The notes below the pieces were generated by a model that ran no database searches, was not told the DNA's origin, and worked only from the letters and a program-made list of their open reading frames with translations. From Vibrio vulnificus CMCP6 (GTDB taxonomy: Bacteria > Pseudomonadota > Gammaproteobacteria > Enterobacterales > Vibrionaceae), in assembly GCF_000039765.1 (NCBI RefSeq), contig NC_004460.2:690001-722000 (forward strand): a DNA stretch of 32,000 nt. The letters are read 5' to 3'. Each line of letters opens with the position of its first letter. The first letter of the stretch is position 1. Below are positions 1 to 10,138 of this stretch, piece after piece. A program made the translations under genes and the position numbers.

Positions 1-7
1 CCAAACC

Positions 8-1015
8 ATGATAAACCGTCTCGGCTTAATATTGATGCTATTAGGAACCTTACTTTCAAGCTCTATTGCTCAAGCAAAAGCAACGTGCTCAGGGCACTTT
101 ATTAACCCTATCAGTGATATTTGCTGGAGTTGCATGTTTCCGATGACCGTAGGCTCTGTGCCTGTCATTCCCTCAAATTATCCTGACACTCGCAACCCGA
201 CGATGCCTATCTCATACTGCCCCAAACCTCCCCCTATTTTCGTACAGATTGGCTTGAACATTGGCTACTGGGAGCCGTATGCATTGACCGATGTTACGAG
301 AGTACCTTACTGCATGGTCAATATGGGAATGGAGTTAAGTGGCGCAAACATGCAAAAGTTAGGAGGTCGCACGACAGCAAGGGAATCAGCCAGCAGCGAC
401 GGGGGGGTTTATCATGCTCATTGGTACAAGTACCCGGTAATCTATTGGTTGCAATTAATGCAATCTACGGCCTGTATGGCAACTGATGCCTTTGATGTCG
501 CGTATTTAACGGAGCTCGATCCGCTTTGGGATGATGATGAACTTTCTTTCATCTTAAACCCTGAAGCCATTTTATTTGGCAACCCCATCGCGCAGCTCGC
601 CTGTGTCCCCGAAGCCATTGCGACCACCACTAACTCAGTATTACCTTTTGACGCTTTATTTTGGTGTTTAGGCTCTCAAGGCAGCGCCTATCCGTTAACA
701 GGCAATACCAACTACCGAGATACACCAGTCCAAGCGGGTACACTCATCATGGAAAGGTTGAATTACAAACTGCACAGGCAAGGCATTGTGTGGGAAACAC
801 TCGGGGAAGATGGCGCAATTTGTTATCAATACCCAACGCCTATTTTACCCAAATCTCGTTACCGCTATCAGATGAGCGCCCCGATCCCCGATGCAGGATG
901 GTGCCACCCTTACACCACTACAACAGCTATATGGGAAATGGGACACGATAACCCGACTACTGGGGATAACTTTGGTTATGTCCAATGGCGTAAACGTAAC
1001 TGCGTATTTCTATAG
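8..1015 (+). CDS. traU: F-type conjugative transfer protein TraU
   Basis: 335-aa ORF with signal peptide; Cys-rich 'CSGHFINPISDICWSCMFPMTVG', 'YWEPYALTDVTRVPYC' and '...NFGYVQWRKRNCVF' typical of TraU; first gene of an F-ordered tra series. Confidence 0.93.
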   Translation: MINRLGLILMLLGTLLSSSIAQAKATCSGHFINPISDICWSCMFPMTVGSVPVIPSNYPDTRNPTMPISYCPKPPPIFVQIGLNIGYWEPYALTDVTRVPYCMVNMGMELSGANMQKLGGRTTARESASSDGGVYHAHWYKYPVIYWLQLMQSTACMATDAFDVAYLTELDPLWDDDELSFILNPEAILFGNPIAQLACVPEAIATTTNSVLPFDALFWCLGSQGSAYPLTGNTNYRDTPVQAGTLIMERLNYKLHRQGIVWETLGEDGAICYQYPTPILPKSRYRYQMSAPIPDAGWCHPYTTTTAIWEMGHDNPTTGDNFGYVQWRKRNCVFL

Positions 1016-1028
1016 CAAGGAATCTCTC

Positions 1029-1324
1029 ATGGCGTTACCAAGCTGGATAAAAGCACTTCTAAAAGCGTTAGTGTTACCGCAATCATTTTAACGTTCGTCG
1101 CCGCTGGTCAGGCGTCACAGTACATCACTTCATCAAAAGAGCTTCGATTTGAGGCAATCGCTCACGGGAAGCTCACGCACCCTGAGCAAAGCGAACTGGT
1201 ATAGAAATATGTGTCCATCTGTCTCAACGGAAAAGCCATTGGTGCTCATGATCTTATGCAAGAAATGCAGTGCATCGATAACCAATTAAGCACACTAGCT
1301 TGGGCACTCTCTCTTATTGAATAA
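1029..1324 (+). pseudogene. Decayed small exported/membrane protein gene
   Basis: ATG 1029 with SD-like aagga; MALPSWIKALLKALVLP then a frame change near 1077-1082 continues as IILTFVAAGQASQYITSSKELRFEAIAHGKLTHPEQSELV*KYVSICLNGKAIGAHDLMQEMQCIDNQLSTLAWALSLIE, with in-frame TAG at 1202-1204 and final TAA at 1322-1324. Confidence 0.5.
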
Positions 1325-1389
1325 CGCTCGCTTTTGGCTGCGATAACGAGCGAAGCTCTTGTTGAGACAAAAGGAGTACCACGTCAAGC

Positions 1390-1602
1390 GTGGATAACAT
1401 CACTACAAAAAGGTTAACCATGATTCTATTGATTACCGAGGAAGTCAATGCGGCATCTCAAAACACTGACATCGATATCGTTAATTTTAAAATTGTTGAA
1501 GGCGAGCCAACACTAAACGACGTTACTCAGCTTCTCAACCAAGAGTTAGAGTATGTATTCACCCCTTCTTACTCACAAGAAGATAAAACAGGGCGGTTTT
1601 AA
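1390..1602 (+). CDS. Small hypothetical protein (GTG start at 1390, or ATG at 1420)
   Basis: Short ORF in the gap between traU and trbC, co-directional with the tra genes; ATG 1420 preceded by aaaagg. Confidence 0.45.
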   Translation: MDNITTKRLTMILLITEEVNAASQNTDIDIVNFKIVEGEPTLNDVTQLLNQELEYVFTPSYSQEDKTGRF

Positions 1603-1654
1603 AGCCTGCCCTACGAATGCATTAAAGGGATGCACTTTAACGTAGAGGAGCACA

Positions 1655-1894
1655 ATGAACTTCATCACTGATACAGATTGCGAACAAGCCCGAAAACTCC
1701 TCCTTAAACATAAATTCAGCCTAATGAAACTTCAGCACCCTGACGGCCATCAACTTGCCTGCTTCCCTCCCCCGCGACAAGGTTGGACACCTTACGATTT
1801 ATGGCAAATGCGACAACAATTCCCCCCTCAATGGGAAAACACAGCGGTTCTTGCTTACTTACGCGATACGCCTATAGGGGGAACCCAAATTTAA
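1655..1894 (+). CDS. Small hypothetical protein, 79 aa
   Basis: ORF MNFITDTDCEQARKLLLKHKFSLMKLQHPDGHQLACFPPPRQGW..., tightly followed by trbC. Confidence 0.5.
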   Translation: MNFITDTDCEQARKLLLKHKFSLMKLQHPDGHQLACFPPPRQGWTPYDLWQMRQQFPPQWENTAVLAYLRDTPIGGTQI

Positions 1895-1903
1895 GGAAAT
1901 CCC

Positions 1904-2611
1904 ATGATATACATGCGATCATGTTTAATCGGGTTATTGACCCTGTTTTATAGTCATTTTGCTCTGGCAAACATCGGTTATACTCAAAACGAGCTCAAAG
2001 CGCTCGCTAAGCTTGAACAACAAACATCTTCGCTACAGCCCTCAGAGCAAGCCCAACAGGCCATTGAGACACAACAACAAGCCAGCCATGAATTTATTGA
2101 GCATGCTAGGCAGCAAGCGATGCAGTGGCAGGAGAAGCTTGACCCGAGCTCACTACAAGACATTATCGACATCCCCACGCCGACAGAAAACCCTAACGCA
2201 GCCCCCGCGGGTGTAATGATCTTTGTCTCTCTCACCATGCCAAAGAGCAGCCTTCAAGCGCTGCTAAAGCAGAGTGAGATTTGGCAAGTACCTTTGGTTA
2301 TTCGAGGGGTTTTACCTGACGGCTTCATGACCACCGTCAATAACATTCAATCCCTGTTACAAACAAACGAAAAGAAACCGATAAACAGCGGCTTCGCTAT
2401 CAGTCCAGAGTGGTTTCAGACCTTCAACATTCTAGAAGTGCCCACGTTTGTTGCAGTAAAGCCTGGGCGCTGCTTACCCAAGCAGCCTTGCAGTGAAAGT
2501 GATTACGACATCGTAAAAGGCAACGTGTCTCTTCCAAACGCATTGGAGCACCTTGCCAACGGAGATAATCCCGACGTTGTTCGCCAAGTACTTCAAAGAA
2601 TAAAACGATGA
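1904..2611 (+). CDS. trbC: Type-F conjugative pilus assembly protein TrbC
   Basis: 235 aa, signal peptide, 'GVMIFVSLTMPKSSLQALLKQSEIWQVPLVIRGVLPDGFMTTVNNI' and 'FQTFNILEVPTFV' typical of TrbC; SD aagga; located between traU and traN as in F. Confidence 0.88.
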   Translation: MIYMRSCLIGLLTLFYSHFALANIGYTQNELKALAKLEQQTSSLQPSEQAQQAIETQQQASHEFIEHARQQAMQWQEKLDPSSLQDIIDIPTPTENPNAAPAGVMIFVSLTMPKSSLQALLKQSEIWQVPLVIRGVLPDGFMTTVNNIQSLLQTNEKKPINSGFAISPEWFQTFNILEVPTFVAVKPGRCLPKQPCSESDYDIVKGNVSLPNALEHLANGDNPDVVRQVLQRIKR

Positions 2612-4353
2612 AAGTCATCATAGTCGTGTGTTTGTCGTGGTTGCTCAACGCTCATGCCATTGCCTCCAATCTGACTATTGCTGAGCAAGAGAAACAGTAT
2701 CAAGACAACTTGGGTTGGGCGCAAAATGCTCAACAAGGCATTCCCAATAAAGCCAATGGCAATCTTAATATCGCGGATTATTGTGACGGGGCAGAGTGTG
2801 TCAGCCAAGTGAATAATCCGCCACAAAAAGGGCTCAATGACAGCACTATTAATACCCAAAAAACCGCAGATTTCTATTCCAACGACACCGCAGGCGCCAT
2901 GCAAGAAAACTTTGATAAAGGCCGACCAGACGTAAAATCCACCCCCACTTACCAGTATGCACTATTGGGTCAGGAAAATGCGTATGAAATTACCCATGGC
3001 ATCTCTAATACCTATGTGGATTGCGAGAGTGGCTCCCAATGCATCATCGAACGCATTCCTAAGCAGTGTCATCGCCCAACGAACAACAACGTCCCTTGTA
3101 CAAAAGTACCCGTTGCGACTGTTGTTACTGGCAATGTCACCTACAGTTGCCCAGCGGGCTGGACAAGGCAAGGGGTCAATTGTGTACGCACCATCGAGCA
3201 GTGCCGTTACGATGGGAACAATATGGTGTCTCAAAGAGGTGGCAACAGTAACTGCGCTTCTGGAGGAACAAGCTACACATGGAATGGTCAGCGGGTTCTT
3301 CCTAGCCAAGGCTATCGTATGGGAGCACTCAAAAGCTCGACAAGCTGGGGATCGTGTCAAGGAACCAACTGGAGCAGAAGATATGAAATCTGCGGCCCTG
3401 TCCAACAGACTATCAAAGCCACATTAAGCTGCTCAAATGGATTCACCCTCTCCGGTGGTAACTGCATCAAGAACACCATGACCTGGCGAACACAATGCAC
3501 TCTAATGAACTCGTGCACGGTCACCAGCCAGCAATGCATTGAAGGTCGAGAAACTCGCATAATTAATGGCATTCCAACCACACTCGATTGTTGGAAATAT
3601 CAAGTTAACCACCAATGCGACCGACCGAATACCTGCTCGACTCTTGCCAGTGATTGTGAGACGACCTCAAGCCGTTGCAGCCTGATGCAAAATGGCGTGT
3701 GTATTGAGCAAGAGCTTCAAAAGTCATGCCCTGAAAAAAATTGCAGCACCACCCATTTACAATGCCTCGACACCACCTTTTGCCTTGATGGCGATTGTTA
3801 TGACGGCACACCCACTCAATCCCAGGACTTTAATGAATCAGCGGCCGGGCTGGCAGCTATCTCAGAAGCCGCAGAAGGATTAGGCGATCCACCTTTAATC
3901 TTTACGGGAAAAGGCATGCAATGTACTGACAAAGCCTTTGGGGTTGCCGACTGCTGTAAAGATGGGGGCTGGGGAACGGGTATTGGCCTTGATAAATGCA
4001 ATGAAGAAGAGGAAGCCCTCGGACAAGCCAAAGAGAAAGGTATCACGATTGCATTAGGGGAGTATTGCGCCAATAAAGTCTTAGGGGTTTGCACTCGCAA
4101 AAAGAAGGGGTATTGCGTCTACGACAGTAAGCTCGCTCGCATCGTTCAAGAGCAAGGCGTAAAAGGTCAACTTGGTATCAGTTTAGGCTCAGCAAAAGAT
4201 CCGTTATGCGAACCTATCACCCCTGAGCAGCTTCAGCAAATCAACTTCGAGCACATCGACTTTTCTGATTTCTATGAGGATATGCACGATAACACAAACC
4301 TTCCTTCCGCCACCGAAATCCAAAACCGCCTGCAAAGTGCGTATGGGCAATAG
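2608..4353 (+). CDS. traN: Conjugal transfer mating-pair stabilisation protein TraN
   Basis: 581 aa, signal peptide, very Cys-rich, 'CDGDCYDGTPTQSQDFNESAAGLAAISEAAEGLGD' and 'GKGMQCTDKAFGVADCCKDGGWG' motifs; 4-bp overlap with trbC. Confidence 0.93.
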   Translation: MKVIIVVCLSWLLNAHAIASNLTIAEQEKQYQDNLGWAQNAQQGIPNKANGNLNIADYCDGAECVSQVNNPPQKGLNDSTINTQKTADFYSNDTAGAMQENFDKGRPDVKSTPTYQYALLGQENAYEITHGISNTYVDCESGSQCIIERIPKQCHRPTNNNVPCTKVPVATVVTGNVTYSCPAGWTRQGVNCVRTIEQCRYDGNNMVSQRGGNSNCASGGTSYTWNGQRVLPSQGYRMGALKSSTSWGSCQGTNWSRRYEICGPVQQTIKATLSCSNGFTLSGGNCIKNTMTWRTQCTLMNSCTVTSQQCIEGRETRIINGIPTTLDCWKYQVNHQCDRPNTCSTLASDCETTSSRCSLMQNGVCIEQELQKSCPEKNCSTTHLQCLDTTFCLDGDCYDGTPTQSQDFNESAAGLAAISEAAEGLGDPPLIFTGKGMQCTDKAFGVADCCKDGGWGTGIGLDKCNEEEEALGQAKEKGITIALGEYCANKVLGVCTRKKKGYCVYDSKLARIVQEQGVKGQLGISLGSAKDPLCEPITPEQLQQINFEHIDFSDFYEDMHDNTNLPSATEIQNRLQSAYGQ

Positions 4354-4375
4354 TCCATACGTAAAGGAAGCGATG

Positions 4376-5167
4376 ATGAAATACCGACATAAGACAAAAT
4401 TAGCATGGCTACTGACACTGTTTACCTGGGCGTTAAGTAACACCCAGATAAGTTTTGCCAACCCTTCCCCCCCGAAAGGCTGGAAATGGTATAACGAGCC
4501 CAAAGACCTTCCATCCTCACCAAAACCAGTGCCCACACCCCTACCTTCAAATACGAAGACTACCGTGATGAGCGCCACTCAGCAGATGCAGTGGTTTCAT
4601 CAGACTTATGAGGAGGTAAAGGCGGATGCCACCATTCACCCCGATGATGAACAGAAATATCTCAAACTGATGCAGCTCAATCACTTCATTGGTGAGAAGA
4701 CGGCCCAAACAGGCATGACGTTTAAAAAACTGCTACTCAAGTATCCAGAGTACTCCTACGTCAAAGATCGCCCTGTGGAGCAAGCCGCGAGAAGTACCTA
4801 TCACCAACAAGAGCGCCAAAAGAAAATCGATATGGTGGAGAAGATGAAAAACGAAGGTTGGGGCTTTTTCTTTGTCTATGAAGGTGACGATCCGCTCACT
4901 CAGAGTCTGGCTCCCTCAATGCAGCAATTTGCCGATAGGTACAAGCTTGAACTGCTCGGCGTGAGTAATGACGGCGTGTTTATCGACAACATCCGTCAAA
5001 ATCGCCTCAATAATGACAAAGTTGTCGTGCCGTTTACCCCAGCCCTGATCTTGGTCAATCCAACCACCTCAGAGTTTAAACCCCTCGCTTACGGGTTTAT
5101 TTCACAAAACGATTTGTTGGGACGGTTCTATAACGTCGCGACCAATTACCAATCCCCTGACTTTTAA
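4376..5167 (+). CDS. traF: Conjugal transfer protein TraF (type-F thioredoxin-fold protein)
   Basis: 'GWKWYNEPKD', 'KYPEYSYVKDRPVEQAARSTYHQQERQKKIDMVEKMKNEGWGFFFVYEGDDPLTQSLAPSMQQFADRY'; start chosen at ATG 4376 (SD aaggaag) rather than the longer ORF start at 4274. Confidence 0.88.
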   Translation: MKYRHKTKLAWLLTLFTWALSNTQISFANPSPPKGWKWYNEPKDLPSSPKPVPTPLPSNTKTTVMSATQQMQWFHQTYEEVKADATIHPDDEQKYLKLMQLNHFIGEKTAQTGMTFKKLLLKYPEYSYVKDRPVEQAARSTYHQQERQKKIDMVEKMKNEGWGFFFVYEGDDPLTQSLAPSMQQFADRYKLELLGVSNDGVFIDNIRQNRLNNDKVVVPFTPALILVNPTTSEFKPLAYGFISQNDLLGRFYNVATNYQSPDF

Positions 5168-5188
5168 CGCCACACAGGAAGAAAAACT

Positions 5189-5602
5189 ATGCTCAAACGT
5201 GCGCTCTTTTGCCTTTTATTCATAACCACGGCCTCGCCCACTTATGCCGTCATGCAAGATCAGTATGCGATGGTCTTTTTCTATCGCAGTGACTGCCCTT
5301 ACTGCCACAAGTTTGCCGCTAAGTTCAAGACCTTTACTCAGCAAGCGCAACTACAAACTTACGTTTTCTCACTCGATAACCGACCGATCACGGAGTATCC
5401 CGTTCCTATTCCGGCCACACCGGAACTCAGCCAACTGTTCTTTGAGAACCCAAGAAACATCACGGTGCCAGCGACGTTTTTAATCAACGTCAACAGCCGA
5501 AAGTTTGTCAAAGTATCGATTGGAGATGTGACTTACGACGAACTAGAACAAAGCGTTAAGGGCATATTGAGTGATAAAACCATATTGGAAGCGATGCAGT
5601 AA
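5189..5602 (+). CDS. trbB: TrbB-like periplasmic thioredoxin-fold protein
   Basis: 137 aa, signal peptide, CPYC motif (FFYRSDCPYCHKFA) and cis-Pro-like 'NITVPATFLIN'; located between traF and traH as in F. Confidence 0.75.
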   Translation: MLKRALFCLLFITTASPTYAVMQDQYAMVFFYRSDCPYCHKFAAKFKTFTQQAQLQTYVFSLDNRPITEYPVPIPATPELSQLFFENPRNITVPATFLINVNSRKFVKVSIGDVTYDELEQSVKGILSDKTILEAMQ

Positions 5603-5837
5603 TCCTGTTACTTCGAGTAAAATGCACTAAGCAAGATCATCGCAATAACAAGCAGCCATAACCAAGGGCAAACAGTAAACCTAGCCCCTCTGTCCGCCCC
5701 GACCTCTCTCATCTACTCCATTTTGCCCTGACTACCAAGAGAAAATTTGATACTTAATTTATTACCTTATCAGTCTCATATGTGAAACGTGAACAAGGTT
5801 ATTTGACGACCATTTCCATAAATAAGGAAGTCGAAAT

Positions 5838-7247
5838 ATGAATGCCTCTTTATCCACAATAACTGTGGGAAAAACACTCCACCTAATGAAATATCTTGCC
5901 TTGTACTTGATGCTCTCCTATCAAGTACAAGCCGCTGGTGTCAGTGGCTCTCTGGATAATTTTTTTAGCGATTTGGGCTATCACACTAACGTGTCTAACC
6001 CAAACGCTTACAAAGGCCAAGCTGCCAACTACTATAATGGCGGCTCTTTGTATGTTCGGTCCCCGATACAAAACGCTCAATTGATCTCTGCGACCGTCCC
6101 ATCAGTCAGTATGGGGTGTGGCGGTATCGATGCCTTTATGGGGGGATTCAGTCACATCAACTCAGACCAACTGGTTCAGTTTGGCCAAGCGGTCGTCTCA
6201 AATGCGGTGCCATTTGCCGTCGATTTAGCGCTGCAAACCTGGGCGCCTCAAATCAAGCAAATCCGAGACAACTTACAAAACATTGCCGATAAATGGCTCA
6301 ACCAATCCATCAACTCATGTGAAACCGCGCAAGCAGCCGTGAGTGGCCTTGCGGGCGCATTTGACAACCCTCAAACGAAAAAGCACATCTGCGCAACCAT
6401 GGGTACACATAACAATGCCTTCTCGGATTGGGTCTCCGCGCAGCAAGAGTGTGGTGTAGGCGGTCAGGCAAATGCCCAACTGGCCAATGCACGAAACAAC
6501 CCCACACTGGAAGACCTAACCCAGACCAATCACAACATCGTGTGGTCAGCCACGCTAAAAAACAGCTTTCTTTCCAGTGATACGCCGCTCGCGGAATTTC
6601 TCATGAGCTTATCGGGTACGTACATCTATGACGCCAGTGGTCAACCTCGTTATTACGCAAGCTTGCTGGCCGACAACAATAACTTAGTTCAAGCGTTACT
6701 CGAAGGGGGCGAAGTGTCTTATTACCGATGTGATAACACTGACCGTAAGCAGTGTTTAAACCCAAACCAAGCGACTTTAACGTTAGCCTCATCAAAGGGG
6801 CTTCAAGAGCGCATTCGAACCCTTTTGGAGCAGCTTTATACGGCTATTGCCAACGACAGCGCATTAACGAGCACCCAAAAGTCATTTCTTGAGTACACCG
6901 AGACCCCTATACAAGCCATTTTCATCAGTGCGACACGCGCTAACCGTTACCCAAACTTTGCTGCTTACTCACGACTCATTGCCATTGAGTTACTCAATCG
7001 CTACTTAGCGAATATGCTGAACATTGTACAGACCTCACTGGCGAACACGCAAGTCAACCACAAAGACATTGCACTTATTACCCGCGATATCGACAGAGCG
7101 AAACACTTCACCGATGGGTTGGCCGACAAAGCCACCAGACAACTGCTCGAACAAGAGCAGCTTATCCAAGCGCATAAAAGCAATGATCAAAAAGCCTGGC
7201 AAAAACTCAACGAACAACTCCAACAAAACTTAACTTTCGGGGAGTAA
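5838..7247 (+). CDS. traH: Conjugal transfer pilus assembly protein TraH
   Basis: 469 aa, 'VSGSLDNFFSDLGYHTNVSNPNAYKGQAANYYNGGSLYVRSP', 'SMGCGGIDAFMGGFSHINSDQLVQFGQAV' typical of TraH; SD taagga. Confidence 0.93.
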   Translation: MNASLSTITVGKTLHLMKYLALYLMLSYQVQAAGVSGSLDNFFSDLGYHTNVSNPNAYKGQAANYYNGGSLYVRSPIQNAQLISATVPSVSMGCGGIDAFMGGFSHINSDQLVQFGQAVVSNAVPFAVDLALQTWAPQIKQIRDNLQNIADKWLNQSINSCETAQAAVSGLAGAFDNPQTKKHICATMGTHNNAFSDWVSAQQECGVGGQANAQLANARNNPTLEDLTQTNHNIVWSATLKNSFLSSDTPLAEFLMSLSGTYIYDASGQPRYYASLLADNNNLVQALLEGGEVSYYRCDNTDRKQCLNPNQATLTLASSKGLQERIRTLLEQLYTAIANDSALTSTQKSFLEYTETPIQAIFISATRANRYPNFAAYSRLIAIELLNRYLANMLNIVQTSLANTQVNHKDIALITRDIDRAKHFTDGLADKATRQLLEQEQLIQAHKSNDQKAWQKLNEQLQQNLTFGE

Positions 7248-7250
7248 CTC

Positions 7251-10058
7251 ATGACTCTCGAATACTACGTTTACACCCAAGGCGAGACGCTTCAACGCGC
7301 ACTCAACGCCATCGCCGCGTTTTTTCAATCGGCTAGTTTTGCCTCCATGACCTCCATCGCCTTAATGATTGGGGCGATTATGACCATGGTGCTTTTTTTT
7401 ACCACACGCAACACCAAACATATTTATGTTTGGGCGATTATCTTTACCCTTGTCCCGTCGATGCTGCTGCAACAAACCGCACGCGTCCAAATCATCGACA
7501 AAACCGAACCAAGCGGCATCTATTCCGTGGACAATGTGCCTTATCTTGTCGCCGTCCCCACTTGGTTTTTCAGCACCCTGATGATGGGTGTAACCGAAGC
7601 CGTTGAAACCATTTTTATGACCACCGACGATAAACGTTACGGTCGGGCAGGCATGATGTTTGGATCAGAGTTGTATCAGTTATCCAGACAAGCGGATTTA
7701 AGAGATATTGAAGTGCGCCGAACTTGGAATGACTTTTTCAAAAACTGCATTATTGGGGACATCGAAATCAATCGTAAATACACCTGGCAAGCCTTACTGA
7801 GCGCCCCTGATATTTTTGGTTTTCTAGATGGGCAATCAATGAGCCCCCTTCGCGGCGTCATGATAAACGGCATGAGTCAGGACTTTAAAACCTGCCGAGA
7901 AATCTATCCGGACTTAAAAAGCCAATTCGGCGTCGCGTCCGCAGAGGAGCTTGATCTGATTGGCACGTATCTTCATGGAGCCAAAGCGGCGACCTATGCC
8001 CCTCACGTTCGCAGTGCGCTGCAAAATAGTTATCAGGACTTTATTGGCATCAGCAATAACGCCGTGGACGTGCTTCGACAAAATATGACGATAAATGCGA
8101 TGCGCCGCAGCATTCATGCGCTCAACCCGAATGCCAGTGCCATGAATTACGCCTACACCTCCAACAAAATGCAGCAAACCTCGATGTGGGCAACACTTGG
8201 CATGCAAGCACGTGAGTTCATTCCCATGATGCATACCATGCTGTTTTTCCTGTTCAGTTGCTTAAGCTTTATGATTGCCGCCGCCGCGCTCATTCCAGCA
8301 CTCACTAAAATGGTCTTGGTCAACTACATCAAGACCTTTGCGTATTTAGCGACCTGGCCTCCACTGTTCGCGATTTTAAATGTCCTGATGGTTTGGCCAT
8401 TGGAACTCTCATCAAACGCCACCGCCGACCCTATGAATGGCCTCTCCCTTTCTAATGCGAATGCCCTTGATGAGCTCCACTCACGCTTTGGCTACATGGC
8501 AGGCTTTCTCATGATGACCATTCCGGTCTTGGCCGGAAAAGTGCTGCAAGGCGGCGTTGCAGCGGCGCAAGCCATGAACTACCAGTTGGCAGGAATGATT
8601 AACAGCACCAACGCCCGGGTCAGCGCGGCAAGCTCAACCGGTAATATGGACTTTGGCAATTTGCAGATGCAAAACCACAGTTTCAATAACACCAGTGCCA
8701 ATAAGTTTGATGACAACATACTGTTAAGAACCGGCATGGCGACCATTCAACAACCAGATGGCGCTTCCATCACCACTCTACAAAATGATGATGGAAGCAA
8801 GCTCTATAACGCACAAGAAGCCATCTCAAGGCCCGTGTGGTCAGCCCAAACCTCAAGCATGCTACAAAACAGCATTCACGATCAATACTCCAGTGCCTTG
8901 ACCGCGCAAAAGCAGAGTATGAATACCTTCACCGATTTCTTCTCCAACAGCATGCAGCAAAGCGACCGCTGGAACGATAACTGGACACGCAGCCTCTCGT
9001 ATGGGGATGGCCATAGCACCGCTACCGAAGGTCAAATCAGCCAATCTTACTCGAAGATGGAGTCCGCCATCGATAACATCTCACAGACGATGGGCTGGTC
9101 ACATAACCAAGCCAGAGCGTATGCCATTTCAGCCAATGCAGGTGTCACCATCGGTACGCCAGGTCAAACTGTGCTTGGCAGTGGCGCCAGTGCCGGCGTT
9201 CAATGGAGCACCGACCAACGTGAGGCGTACAGCAACATGAGCGCTGAGCAGAAACAAGCTCTTGAACAAGCGACGCAGCAATACAGTGAAGGCGCGACCT
9301 CAATGGAGCGAGCAGGTCGCACGCTTGATACCAAAGATAACCGCAGCGCGGTGGAGCAATACGCCCATGACTTTGCGCTTAGCCATCAACGTCTGCAAAG
9401 CAGCGCAGCATCGGTCAGCGAATCGAATGCGGAAGTGGATAGCTTGCAGAACATTCAATCTCGCCTTGATACAAACTCGGTCAACTTTAGTGCCAGTGCG
9501 GTAACAGGTTTCCAAAAATACCTAGAGTCGAAGTTTGATGATAAAGGAGAAATCACGCGCCTAATGAACGCCACTAAGCCAGAAGATTTGAAAGATGCGC
9601 GTAGAGAATTTGATGACTACACACGTACAAACCAATTCCAGAAAGCTTTCGGGGTATCCACCTCCAAGAGTGATATCGAGGCTCTGGCTGATATGTACCA
9701 ACCTCGCAACCTGGGGAACATGCCAACCTCGACTAGTGAGCAGAAAGCCGGGGTCAACAGTGGCTCAGAAAGAGCGAAAGGTAAGATCGAGGAGGTAACG
9801 ATCGATATGATTAACTACCAAGGAAGTAACGAGCTGTATGACAATGACATTTACCGTAACGTGAAAGGCAATGCGTTAGTGGCCGGAGGACAGATGCAAA
9901 ACGAAGCTGAGCAGAACGTCACTTCAACCACTAATCCGAATGCAGACCTTAAGAAAACGGTAGACGATAAGATTATCTCGCCACCCAAAATGGATACGGA
10001 CCGGCCCCCTCATGAGGGATATCAGTTATATGATACCCATTCCAAAAGCAATGGATAA
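7251..10058 (+). CDS. traG: Conjugal transfer mating-pair stabilisation protein TraG
   Basis: 935 aa; N-terminal multi-TM region starting MTLEYYVYTQGETLQRALNAIAAF plus long soluble C-terminus; directly follows traH. Confidence 0.92.
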   Translation: MTLEYYVYTQGETLQRALNAIAAFFQSASFASMTSIALMIGAIMTMVLFFTTRNTKHIYVWAIIFTLVPSMLLQQTARVQIIDKTEPSGIYSVDNVPYLVAVPTWFFSTLMMGVTEAVETIFMTTDDKRYGRAGMMFGSELYQLSRQADLRDIEVRRTWNDFFKNCIIGDIEINRKYTWQALLSAPDIFGFLDGQSMSPLRGVMINGMSQDFKTCREIYPDLKSQFGVASAEELDLIGTYLHGAKAATYAPHVRSALQNSYQDFIGISNNAVDVLRQNMTINAMRRSIHALNPNASAMNYAYTSNKMQQTSMWATLGMQAREFIPMMHTMLFFLFSCLSFMIAAAALIPALTKMVLVNYIKTFAYLATWPPLFAILNVLMVWPLELSSNATADPMNGLSLSNANALDELHSRFGYMAGFLMMTIPVLAGKVLQGGVAAAQAMNYQLAGMINSTNARVSAASSTGNMDFGNLQMQNHSFNNTSANKFDDNILLRTGMATIQQPDGASITTLQNDDGSKLYNAQEAISRPVWSAQTSSMLQNSIHDQYSSALTAQKQSMNTFTDFFSNSMQQSDRWNDNWTRSLSYGDGHSTATEGQISQSYSKMESAIDNISQTMGWSHNQARAYAISANAGVTIGTPGQTVLGSGASAGVQWSTDQREAYSNMSAEQKQALEQATQQYSEGATSMERAGRTLDTKDNRSAVEQYAHDFALSHQRLQSSAASVSESNAEVDSLQNIQSRLDTNSVNFSASAVTGFQKYLESKFDDKGEITRLMNATKPEDLKDARREFDDYTRTNQFQKAFGVSTSKSDIEALADMYQPRNLGNMPTSTSEQKAGVNSGSERAKGKIEEVTIDMINYQGSNELYDNDIYRNVKGNALVAGGQMQNEAEQNVTSTTNPNADLKKTVDDKIISPPKMDTDRPPHEGYQLYDTHSKSNG

Positions 10059-10138
10059 CCATCACTGTTTATTTATACAGGCATACACTATAAGTAGCAA
10101 TGCGCGCAGAATCTAAGTTTATTCATGGAGAGCCTGTT

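Noticed and set aside
2962-3405. Minus-strand 147-aa ORF and other long antisense ORFs inside traN, traG and traI
   Set aside because: Shadow ORFs on the opposite strand of strongly supported coding genes.
4274-4375. N-terminal extension of the traF ORF (start at 4274)
   Set aside because: It overlaps the end of traN and has no signal-peptide-like start; ATG 4376 with SD aaggaag and a proper signal peptide is a better start.
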